64,000 nucleotides of DNA, taken from positions 9,407 to 73,406 of the forward strand of contig CAWHAI010000015.1 of assembly GCA_963827295.1 (NCBI GenBank), written 5' to 3'. This DNA is from an uncultured Chloroflexia bacterium. Lineage in GTDB: Bacteria > Chloroflexota > Dehalococcoidia > SZUA-161. Made by a program: the position numbers and the translations under genes. Numbering within the stretch: position 1 is the stretch's first letter; each line of letters starts with the position of its first letter. Below the pieces are notes generated by a model that was given only the letters and a program-made list of their open reading frames with translations, searched no databases and was not told where the DNA came from. This document shows, piece after piece, positions 9,335 through 18,474 of the stretch.

Positions 9335-9462
9335 CCGTTTCGATGAAGCAGCTTTTAAGGGAAGGTAGGGAAGTGCGCGAATCAAGCTAGTTAAGCAGAA
9401 GTTAAGCAAAACTTAAGTAGAAGCGAAGCTAAAAATGCAATAAAATCCAGAAAAGTTAAGCA
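9230..9462 (+). repeat. four exact direct copies of GTTAAGCA (iteron-like) plus one degenerate copy
   Basis: Exact copies at 9230, 9390, 9401 and 9455. A degenerate copy, CTTAAGTA, is at 9412. Confidence 0.6.
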
Positions 9463-9508
9463 AAAATTGGAAGAGGAAAAATAAAGTGGCCAAAAATCAT
9501 CGTAAAAA

Positions 9509-9584
9509 TGGTGCCCCCAAGGGAATTCGAATCCCTGTTTTTGCCTTGAAAGGGCAGTGTCCTAGGCCACTAGACGATGGGGGC
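9509..9584 (-). tRNA. tRNA-Glu (anticodon UUC), CCA encoded
   Basis: Minus strand GCCCCCATCGTCTAGTGGCCTAGGACACTGCCCTTTCAAGGCAAAAACAGGGATTCGAATTCCCTTGGGGGCACCA. Cloverleaf with anticodon loop CTTTCAA. Confidence 0.85.
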
Positions 9585-9707
9585 GCAGATTCAGTGTGGT
9601 ATTGCTGTCAATCTATCCTGCGGATTTAATTCACAAGAAGTATAGCAGAAAGAACGCTGTCTGGCTACAGCTTAGAGCCAGTCTCAAGCCTATTCTTATG
9701 TCAAGCG

Positions 9708-10921
9708 CTAAGCCTCTCTCACATACCTGACGAACTCCCTGAAGGCAGGCCTCTTGCCATACATGAGGAGGAACACCCGGAATATCTTGGCGGTAACCCA
9801 CATGGTCAGAACAATCGAGCCTATCAAGATAATGAGGCTCAGCGCGATCTCCCAGGCAGAGATAGCATGTGAAGCAAGTCTCATCATAGAAGCTACGGGG
9901 CTGGTGAGCGGGAAAAAGGTGAGAGCCCTCGATACGGCGCCCTCGGGGCTGCCAATTATAAAGTAGTTGAACCAGAGAGGGCATATCGCAGGAAGCGTAA
10001 ATATAGTCGTCCAGCCTTGCCCTTCCCTGGCAGTAGCACCAATAGAGCCGATGCCGGCAGCTAAGGCAGCGAGCAGAAGATAACCCAGAATGAAGTACAA
10101 GATGCCCCAGCCAATAAGGCTGGCAGGAACAGAGAGAGTGCTCAAGGCCGGTATGATACCAGGTGCCCCCACGGCAAAGATTGCAAAAGTGATAAACCAT
10201 ACAGCGACCTGAACGAGTCCCGCAGCCCCCAGTCCCAGCACTTTCCCCACCAGCAATTGCCCTGAGGATACGGAGGAGAGCAGTATCTCCATCACCCTGT
10301 TCTCTTTCTCCTCAGTGACGCTCTGGAACAGGCGGGCGGATGAGAACAATGATAGCAATTATGAACAATATGCCGAAGACTAGGGCACGACGTAGGTGCT
10401 GACTACATCCTGGTTCGGGGCTATCTCCCCGGTCTCATTCAATCGAACCGAGGTGAGCAGCAACGGCGTCTCAACCCGCTGCAACACCTGGGGGCTGACC
10501 TCTCCAGCGAGCAGGTTGGAGCGCAAAAAGTCGGTAATCTGGCCGGTGGTTTTAGCAGAAGGAATTACCTCCCTGGACATCGTATATCTCGCAATAACCC
10601 CGATGGAAAGATAGTCGGCGGGTATCACCAGGTATTCCTTTACGTCCTTGGCCAGGAGAGCGTCTTTGGCCGTTTGTTCATCGGTGTACAGGATGAACTG
10701 AACTCCAGGCTGGCTTGTGTAGTTACCGAACATCCCGGTATGGTCTACGTAGCCGATTTTCTCCTCTTGCGGCGCACCGGGGTGGTACCAGTAATGCACC
10801 CCCTGATATATTCCAACTCCCAGAATTGCCAGCACGGGTAAGGCTAAGGTCAAGATGATGAAAGACATGTTCTCAGAGTCTTCCAGAATTCGTGCTTCAG
10901 GATAATGAAGGTCTTGTTCAT
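9708..10921 (-). pseudogene. ABC-2 (NatB/YhaP-like) permease, decayed tandem copy
   Basis: Paralog of 11027-12295. There is a 1-nt loss after the MNKTFIILKHEFW start (~10885). CCCATAGTC is changed to CCCTAGTC at ~10378, with a compensating indel ~10330. The ancestral C-terminus ...MYGKRPAFREFVRYVREA* is retained. Confidence 0.75.
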
Positions 10922-11026
10922 CGAATGAAAATACTATTTTTTCAGGGTAGCCTGGAGCACCCGCTCCAGGCCAATCGGAGTATCCTGCATCCGACTTACC
11001 CAATCAAGGATACACCCTTCAAAGGC

Positions 11027-12295
11027 TCAGGACAGGCTTGTCGAACCATGCACGGATGTTTCCCCAATCCCTATGCTTCCCTGACATACCTGACGATCTC
11101 CTACGATCTCCCTGACGGCAGGCCTCTTGCCATACATGAGGAGGAACACCCGGAATATCTTGGCCGCAAGCCACATGATGAGCACGACCGAACCAGCCAG
11201 GATAATAAGGCTCAGCGCGATCTGCCATGCAGAGATAGCATCCGAAGCAAGCCTTATCATGGAGGTTATGGGGCTGGTGAGAGGGAAGAAGGTGAGAGTC
11301 CTCGATACCGCGCCCTCGGGGTTGCTGATTATGAAGTAGCTAAAATAGTAAGGCAATATCGCAGGCAAGACGAAGATGGTTGACCAGCCCTGTCCCTCCC
11401 TGGCGGTAGCGCCGATAGAGCCAATGCCTGCGTACAAAGCAGCGAACAGAAGATAGCCCAAAATAAAGTACAAAATGCCCCAGCCAAAGAGGCTAGCAGG
11501 AATAGAGAGGTCACTCAAAGCAGGAATGATGCCGGAGGCGACCCGAGAGAAGACTTCGACAGTGACAAGCCAGACAGCTACCTGCAAAAGACCCGCCATG
11601 CCCAGGCCCAACACTTTCCCCACCAGCAACTGTCCTGAGGATACGGAAGACAGGAGTATCTCCATCACCCTGTTCTCTTTCTCCTCGGTGACACTCTGGA
11701 ACAGGAAACCCGAGGCGAAAAAGATGGATATCATGAATAGCACGGCGAAGACTATGGGCACGACATAGCTGCTGACTACATTCTGGTTCGGAGCTATCTC
11801 CCCGGTCTCATTTAATCGAACCGAGGCCAGCAGCACTGGCGTCTTGACCCGCTCCAATACCTGGGGGCTGACCTCTCCAGCGAGCAGGTTGGAGAGCAAA
11901 AAGTCAGTAATCTGCCCGGTGGTTTTTGTGGAAGGAGCTACCTCCCTGGACATCGTATATCTCGTAATAACTCCGCTGGAAAGATAGTCGGCGGGTATCA
12001 CTAAGTATTCCTTTACGTCCTTGGCCAGGAGAGCGTCTTTGGCCGTTTCTTCATCAGTATATAGGACGAACTGAACGCCGGGCTCGCTTGTGAAGTTGCC
12101 GAACATCCCGGTATGGTCTATGTAGCCGATCTTCTCCTCTTGCGGCGCACCGGGATGGTACCAGTGGTGCACCCCTTGATATATTCCAACTCCCAGAATC
12201 GCCAACACGGGTAAGGCTAAGGTCAAGATGATGAAAGACCTGTTCTTTGCAGTCTGCCAGAATTCGTGCTTCAGGATAATGAAGGCCTTATTCAT
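11027..12295 (-). CDS. ABC-2 (NatB/YhaP-like) permease; C-terminus altered by a 10-bp tandem duplication
   Basis: 422-aa ORF with an N-terminal TM segment, a large loop, then 5 TM segments. The duplication ACGATCTCCT/ACGATCTCCC at 11093-11112 replaces the ancestral ...EIVRYVREA* (stop at 11071) with a 24-aa out-of-frame tail. Confidence 0.8.
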   Translation of the reverse strand: MNKAFIILKHEFWQTAKNRSFIILTLALPVLAILGVGIYQGVHHWYHPGAPQEEKIGYIDHTGMFGNFTSEPGVQFVLYTDEETAKDALLAKDVKEYLVIPADYLSSGVITRYTMSREVAPSTKTTGQITDFLLSNLLAGEVSPQVLERVKTPVLLASVRLNETGEIAPNQNVVSSYVVPIVFAVLFMISIFFASGFLFQSVTEEKENRVMEILLSSVSSGQLLVGKVLGLGMAGLLQVAVWLVTVEVFSRVASGIIPALSDLSIPASLFGWGILYFILGYLLFAALYAGIGSIGATAREGQGWSTIFVLPAILPYYFSYFIISNPEGAVSRTLTFFPLTSPITSMIRLASDAISAWQIALSLIILAGSVVLIMWLAAKIFRVFLLMYGKRPAVREIVGDRQVCQGSIGIGETSVHGSTSLS

Positions 12296-13186
12296 CGTCC
12301 CTCCTTCACCACCTGGATGAATATCTCGTTCAGCGAAGGCGTTGACACCTCGAAGCGGTCAACTTTGACGCCTTTGTTTATCAAGGCGCTCAGTATCTCT
12401 TGAGGCGATACGCGTCCATCCAAAAATATCTCCGTATACTTACCATGAGCCTTACTCCCGACCACTCCAGGGAAGCCCTTCCGGCAAGCGGTCGCATTCC
12501 AGGAATACGGAGTTATTCCTGTATCTCGACTTTATCTCGGCCAGGCTGCCATAGAGCACCGCTTGACCCTTGTTTATCATCAGGATTCTGTCGCAAAGCT
12601 CCTCCACCTGGTTCATCATGTGTGTGCTCAATATCACCGATTTGCCCTGGCTTCTCAGCTCAAGGATGAGTTCCTTCAACAGCTGGGTATTTACGGGGTC
12701 AAGGGCGGCGAAGGGTTCATCGAAGACCACCAGCTCGGGGTCGTGCAGAATGGTAGCGACAAACTGTATTAGCTGCCCCATGCCATGGCTTAGCTCCTCA
12801 GTCTTTTTGTCCTTGTGTGGCAGCATATTTACCCGCTTCAGAAGTTCCTCTGCTCTCTCTCTTGCCAGGCGTCTTTTCATGTTTTTCAGTGCCGCCAGAT
12901 AGGACAGCGATTGGGAGACTGTGAGCTTCTTATAGAGTCCCCTCTCCTCAGGTAGATATCCTATGCGGTTCTTGACCTCTTCGTTTATAGGCTCACCCAA
13001 TATTTTTATCTCGCCGGAGTCCGGCTTAATGATGTCCATGAGCATCCTTATGGTAGTTGTCTTACCGGCGCCGTTGGGCCCAACCATGCCGAATATCTCG
13101 CCCTGCCCTATGCTGAAGGAGACGTTATCCACTACCTTGATGCCCTTGAAGGACTTGCTTATCCCTGAGACCTCGACAACGTTCAT
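12292..13186 (-). pseudogene. ABC transporter ATP-binding protein with DUF4162-like C-terminal domain, one frameshift
   Basis: Walker A GPNGAGKTTT, signature LSHGMGQ, Walker B VVFDEPF. The C-terminal domain (...GVKVDRFEVSTPSLNEIFIQVVKEGR*) is in another frame from ~12480 and ends in an ATGA overlap with the permease start. Confidence 0.8.
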
Positions 13187-13269
13187 GGCTTCGTTTGCCT
13201 TTCCGGCCCTGCTCACTCTTTCGACTAGCTCAGCCCTCTCCATGGTTTGAGTAACTCCCGTTCCGACCG

Positions 13270-13418
13270 ATGCTGAAGGAGACGCTATCCACCACCTTGA
13301 TGCCCTTGAAGGACTTGCTTACTTCAGAGACCTCGACAACGTTCATCGAATCGTTCACCTTTCCGGCCCTCTTCACTCTTTAGACTGGCTCAGCCCTCTC
13401 CACGATTTAAGTAACCCT
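13270..13418 (-). repeat. partial tandem duplicate of the ATPase 5' end plus its upstream region
   Basis: ~150 bp at 13270-13418 matches 13110-13258 at roughly 85% (offset 160 bp). It encodes MNVVEVSEVSKSFKGIKVVDSVSFSIG and is then truncated. Confidence 0.8.
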
Positions 13419-13526
13419 CTCGTATCATAACACGTTCGGTAGAAGTTGCTCAACATTGACGTAGATGGAGTAGTCGAGTAAAATCAGACAGAAGGCATAG
13501 CCATTTGCCTTCTACAGAAGAAGGAT

Positions 13527-13598
13527 GGGCGGTTAGCTCAGTGGAAGAGCACCTGACTTTTAATCAGGGTGTCGTGGGTTCGAGTCCCACACCGCTCA
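13527..13598 (+). tRNA. tRNA-Lys (anticodon UUU)
   Basis: GGGCGGTTAGCTCAGTGGAAGAGCACCTGACTTTTAATCAGGGTGTCGTGGGTTCGAGTCCCACACCGCTCA. Clean cloverleaf. No CCA encoded. Confidence 0.9.
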
Positions 13599-13599
13599 C
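13557..13599 (+). repeat. attL (within the intact tRNA-Lys)
   Basis: CTTTTAATCAGGGTGTCGTGGGTTCGAGTCCCACACCGCTCAC. Confidence 0.85.
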
Positions 13600-14809
13600 T
13601 CTCGTTTTGCGGAGACAGTTGCTAACATTTTGCTAACATTGGCCTCAGAGTTTTCGCTAACATCCGCCTCAAAAAGCTTGTCGAATTTCTCCGCCGCCGC
13701 TTCCTGCATACCCGGCAGCACATGGCTATAAATATCAAGAGTAATGCTGATATTAGCGTGCCCTAATCGCTCAGAAACCACTTTAGGGTTAACGCCCGCC
13801 TTGAGCATCAAAGTTGCGTGGGTATGCCTCAAATCATGTATCCTGATGTCTTTCAGCCCAGCCTTTTTGATAATCCGCCGGAAGGCCAGCGTTACCGCAT
13901 TAGGATTGATAGGGCTTCCATCTGGCCGGATGAAAACAAAATCGTCAGCATTTAGACTAACGCCAAGCTGAATCCTCAATAGTTCTTGGTCAATTCGATA
14001 ACCTTAAACAGTTCCACAAGAGAAGGCGGCAGGCTTAACAGTACGCCGGCTATGTGCTGTCTTCGGCTCTTTAATAATGTAATCACCGTTGCCTAGCTTG
14101 TAAGCCGTTTCAACTACTGTCAACTTACCTTTTATCTAAATCCAGATTCCGCCACCGTAACGCCAGCAATTCACCACGCCTTAAGCCAGTATAAAGCAGA
14201 GTAGCGAAGAAAACGTAATAATCCGTTTCTTTTGCCGCTTCCAGAAATCTTGTCACTTCTTCCGTAGATAACGTGTTCATCGTAACTTTTTTCACCCTGG
14301 GAGGTTGAACAACATTGGCCACGTTACGCACCACCACGCCCATCTTGACCGCATAATCAAGAGCTTTCGATAATATCCGGTGATGATATACTACGCTTCT
14401 TGCAGACAGGCCACCCTTTCCATCAGCCCGGCCTTTGCTCAACTTCTCTGCGTAGTAGCTCTGGATGTGCTGAGGCTGTAAATCAGCGAGAATAACTTTG
14501 CCTAGAGACGGTATCAAATGACCCTCAACAATATGACGAGTAGCTTTCCTGTGTCCTGTCAGTTGTATTCATTGAAGCGTAATCCTTGAGCCATTGACTT
14601 AGCCATTCACCAAGAGTAATCTTGTTAGGCTTAACGTATGAGCCTTGCTCAAGAGATAGCAGAACTTCACGAAGTATACGTTGCGCGTCTCTCTTTGTAC
14701 CTTTTACGGTCTGCGACTTCTGCCGCCGTTTTCCCGTTACCGGGTCGGCTCCCATATCATAGAAGATTTCCCAACTTCCTTTTGACCTCTGCCGTATAGA
14801 ACCTTTCAT
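13596..14809 (-). pseudogene. tyrosine recombinase/phage-type integrase, broken into at least 3 ORFs
   Basis: N-terminal arm-binding domain (MKGSIRQRSKGSWEI...TGKRRQKS), core-binding domain, then catalytic TGLRRGELLAL and HDLRHTHAT...LGHANISITLDIYSH. Frame breaks at ~14520, ~14125 (AAAA run), ~14040 and ~14005. Confidence 0.8.
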
Positions 14810-15019
14810 TTTTCCGCCTCGTTTTCCGGTGATACACCGAGCATTTTATCAAATGCTGCTTTGGGCACTAACATCCGTTTTCCAAAGCGTACAATCGGGT
14901 ATTTGACCAGTTCGTGCAAGCTCATAGCCAAAATTACGTGAAAACCCCAGCAACTCCGCCGCTTCCGGCACAGTATAGCAAAGCCTATTCTCATTGTTAG
15001 GTCGGGCGTGCATGGCCAT
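14806..15019 (-). pseudogene. excisionase/HTH_17-like DNA-binding protein, one frameshift
   Basis: LCYTVPEAAELLGFSRNFGYELARTGQIP continues in another frame as IVRFGKRMLVPKAAFDKMLG (break ~14905). The stop overlaps the integrase ATG (ATGA). Confidence 0.55.
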
Positions 15020-15113
15020 GCCCACGCCCCCATCCTCACCCCTACCGCCTTTATCCCGCCCATCTTCCACCCCGTATCGCCTTCTTTCATAGTAAGAGGG
15101 GCTAATTGCCCAC

Positions 15114-15613
15114 TCAAGCTTTCATTATGTTTGCTGTAGCCTCGACCAAGTTTCCACTAAACTCTATATCCGCTATTTTCTTCGTAACGTACTTTGTCAG
15201 ATAAAACCTTGCACCCAATTCATGGTCATATTCCATCACCCTGGCTATGCCCCACCGACTCCCAAGCCCAATCAACCAAATCCATACTGACGAACACTAG
15301 GGTCCGTATTACCAACCAACGCATGAACATGAGGAACACCACGCCAATGCTGGACCTCAAACATACGAACCCACTCCAACTCACCCAACGCCGGACGCGC
15401 CCGCGCCGTAAACTCCCCCCAAGCCCTCTTTGCACTCGCATACCCCGGCTTAGTCCAACTGCATACACCCCTCGGATTCTTCAACGTCATCGTCACAAAC
15501 CAATCCCAATCGCACAACTCCCCTAGCCACTCTCCCCAAGCCTGCTTGAGTTCGGTCTGCATCGAAAACACCCCCCCACTGAAGCTAAATTTTCTGCCTA
15601 AAAATTCGCTCAC
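15114..15613 (-). pseudogene. HUH-type rolling-circle replication initiator (Rep)-like protein, one frameshift
   Basis: Motif 1 WFVTMTL, motif 2 PHVHALV, and after a frame break at ~15275 motif 3 YLTKYVTK (two-Tyr type). Confidence 0.55.
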
Positions 15614-15776
15614 CGGTGGTATTCAAGCAACGTATATTGACTCTTGATGTTCTGTTACTCTCTAACAGTCGCCAGTCAACGTCGCACAATATTAAATTCC
15701 ACCGCCCCACCCCAAGACCCCAGCCAAACCATCACCTTTCATCCCAACTCACCCCTAACTTTGTGACCCATTATTC

Positions 15777-16229
15777 CTATACAGGACAAGCCCATAAGGA
15801 GAAAACCACTCCGCTTCGCTCCGTTCTAGTTTTTGAATGTCTTCCATTTATTATTCCTCTTGTAGTGCTTCTCTTATTACATTTCTCCATGTATCCTTCA
15901 AATTCCTTTTTACTCATCTTTTCCACCTTCTTAATCTCTATTTCCGCGTCTATCTTAGCTCTTGCTCTTTCCTCCGGCGGCAACGATTCATCAATCTCAT
16001 CTGCTATCATTTCAATTTTCATAAGTCCTGCTTGTATCGCTATTTTCAAAGCATGGACATTGTTCTTCGCTCCCAGCTTTTGCGTCAATTTATGAAAATT
16101 GTTTTTGACTGTTTGGTACTTAATTCCCAATGCTGCGGCTATTTCTTTGTTACTGTATCCCTGTGCTGCTAGACCAAGAATAAACGTTTCCCTGATTGTC
16201 AGCGGTTCGCTCTTTGCTGTACCTTTCAA
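15777..16229 (-). CDS. LuxR/GerE-type HTH transcription regulator with charged C-terminal tail
   Basis: LTIRETFILGLAAQGYSNKEIAAALGIKYQTVKNNFHKLTQKLGAKN. Confidence 0.7.
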   Translation of the reverse strand: MKGTAKSEPLTIRETFILGLAAQGYSNKEIAAALGIKYQTVKNNFHKLTQKLGAKNNVHALKIAIQAGLMKIEMIADEIDESLPPEERARAKIDAEIEIKKVEKMSKKEFEGYMEKCNKRSTTRGIINGRHSKTRTERSGVVFSLWACPV

Positions 16230-16282
16230 CGATTTTCGGGCTTGAAAACCAACCTTACACTCATAATTCCACCTCTTTAAGA

Positions 16283-16314
16283 ACTACAGTACCTTTACAA
16301 GTACTATAGTACCT
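16283..16314. promoter_or_regulatory. two 12-bp direct repeats ACTA[C/T]AGTACCT spaced 20 bp, upstream of the LuxR-type gene
   Basis: Copies at 16283-16294 and 16303-16314, 54-85 bp upstream of the start at 16229. Confidence 0.4.
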
Positions 16315-16385
16315 CATATATGAAATGTCAACTAGTTAAAACCTACCTTTTCCTCCCAAAAAACGCCTGTAGCTCCGCTGTGCCG

Positions 16386-16621
16386 GGGGCAGCTTTGGCT
16401 GCCCCCCACTGAAACCCCCAACCAGAGCACCGTCCTAGCAGCTTTTCCCCGAAGGCACGGACAGCGTATCACACGGCTGCGGCTATGCTGTCAAGGGCAA
16501 GCTCCCTACAGTCGTGGCTACGCCACCTTTGACAGCGCCTTGCCGTGTGCGCCACGGGCACGCTGTCCTTCGGGGGAATGAAGTCAGACTGGGGAACAAC
16601 GTCCGAGTGCGGAACAACGTA
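16386..16621. other. GC-rich structured non-coding region (candidate origin or ncRNA) in the island
   Basis: 9-bp GC hairpin at 16386-16407. Nested inverted repeats at 16448-16468/16561-16576, 16471-16477/16544-16550, 16488-16497/16527-16537 and GTGGC-TAC-GCCAC ~16515-16527. Direct repeat GGAACAACGT at 16594 and 16612. Confidence 0.5.
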
Positions 16622-16774
16622 TACGTGCAAAGGACACAGGCACTACTCACGACATTGCTTTCACGAAGAAAAGACCGCGCCAAAACCTTGCTCTACCGCT
16701 CTTGCGTACAATATGAAACTCCTGTATACTCTTAGGCGAATCACAGCAGGACACAGTTTCTAAGCCAATATCTA

Positions 16775-18474
16775 ATGGAGCTTTTTATGGATACCAATGT
16801 TCTGTACTATGGCGACAATCTGGACGTCCTTAGGCGCCACATAAAGGATGAAACGAGACTTAATCTACCTCGACCCACCCTTCAACAGCAACGCCGACTA
16901 CAAGTCTGTTCGCCGAGCAGAACGGGTCACAAGCCGCAGCCCAGATTAAAGCATTCGAAGACACATGGAAATGGGACACAACCGCCGCAAAGGACATACC
17001 AAGAGGTCGTGGAAACCGGAGGCAAGGTGTCACAGACTCTTCAAGCCTTACGCATGATGTTGGGGGACAGCAACATGCTGGCCTACCTAGCGATGATGGC
17101 ACCGCGCCTTGTGGAACTGCGCCGTGTAATGAAGCCGACATCCAGCATTTACCTTCACTGTGACCCGACAGCCAGCCACTACTCGAAGCTGCTGATGGAC
17201 GCAGTGTTCGGGCCCGAACATTTCCGTAATGAAATAATCTGGAACGCACTAGTGCTCATTCTGGCTCGAAAAGATGGGGCCCCGTTCACGATACTATCCT
17301 GCGCTATTCCAAGACTAATGCCTTCAAGTGGAACCCCACTTCCAAGCCTATGATGAGCAGGACCTTGATATTCGAAGGTTTAGCGATAAGGGAGGAAGGT
17401 ACACGCAGGCGACCTCACTGGCGCCGGAACTCGCAGTGGCGACTCAGGCAAACCGTGGCGTGGGATAGACCCCACTAAGGTAGGTCGTCATTGGGCTGTC
17501 CCAAACCGCATACTCAAAGAGCGCCTAGGAGAAAGCATACTCTCAGCCACTGTAGAAGAGAAACTGGATGCCCAAGACAAGCAAGGTTTGGTGTGCTGGC
17601 CCCCGGGAGGAACAACTCCCCGACTTAAGCGATATCATAGAGAAGATGCCGGGGTTTCTGTGCTGGACGTAATAACAGACGTCAACCCTATAGGTGCCCA
17701 TGCAAGGGAACGTCTCGGCTACCCAACACAAAAGCCAGACTTACTTTTGGAGCGCATTATCCAGCCAGCAGCAATGAAGGCGACACGGTGCTCGACCCGT
17801 TCTGCGGCTGCGGAACCACCATAGCGGCCGCACAGCATCTGAAACGACGCTGGATCGGCATCGACATCACCCACCTGGCCATCACCCTAATAAAACATCG
17901 ACTGCGAGACACCTTCGGCGACCAGGCGCAGTACAAGGTCATCGGCGAGCCTGTCTCCGTACCAGATGCCGAAACCCTGGCACAGCAAGACCCGTACCAG
18001 TTCCAGTGGTGGGCGTTGGGCCTGGTTGGTGCGCGGCCCGTCGAACAGAAGAAGGGAGCAGACAAGGGCATCGACGGTCGTCTGTACTTCCACGATGAAG
18101 CCGACAGCAAGACCAAGCAGGTCATCTTATCAGTGAAAGCGGGTCACACCAGCGTGGCCCATGTGCGTGACCTGCGCGGTGTGGTAGACCGAGAGAAGGC
18201 GGAGATTGGCGTACTAATCACCATGCAGGAGCCTACTGCGGCCATGCGCTCGGAAGCGGCAGGCGCGGGTTTCTACCCCTCACCAGTTTGGGGCAAGGGC
18301 TACCCTAGACTACAGATTCTGACCATTGCTGACCTACTAGCAGGTAAAGGCATAGATATGCCACCTCTGCGCCAGGTAAGCGCAACGTTCAAGAAAGCAC
18401 CGAAAGCAAAGGGTAAAGGCGCACAGACCTTGCCCATGTCATTGAGTGGGCCGGACGCGAAAGCAAGTCAATGA
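16775..18474 (+). pseudogene. N4/N6 DNA methyltransferase fused to a C-terminal restriction-endonuclease-like domain; ~7 frameshifts in the first 1 kb
   Basis: DLIYLDPPFNSNADY (frame-shifted, ~16860), SIYLHCDP, GYPTQKP and LDPFCGCGTT. The C-terminal QFQWWALGLVGARP...KKGADKGIDG...SVKAG...VRDLRG part is intact (17788-18474). Confidence 0.75.

Noticed and set aside
9390-9462. Possible CRISPR or mini-array from the repeated GTTAAGCA units
   Set aside because: The repeats are only 8 bp with irregular 3-46-bp spacing, and there are no cas genes. Iteron or operator repeats are a better description.
15194-16095. Plus-strand ORFs of 110 aa and 159 aa (Pro/Thr/Leu/Ser-rich)
   Set aside because: They are antisense shadows of the Rep-like and LuxR-type genes, which carry clear motifs. 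Their composition is low-complexity.
16483-16763. Three overlapping ORFs (66-73 aa) in the island's non-coding gap
   Set aside because: They overlap one another in different frames and on both strands. They have Arg/Cys/Thr-rich odd composition and no RBS. They coincide with dense inverted repeats, so they are better explained as structured DNA or RNA.
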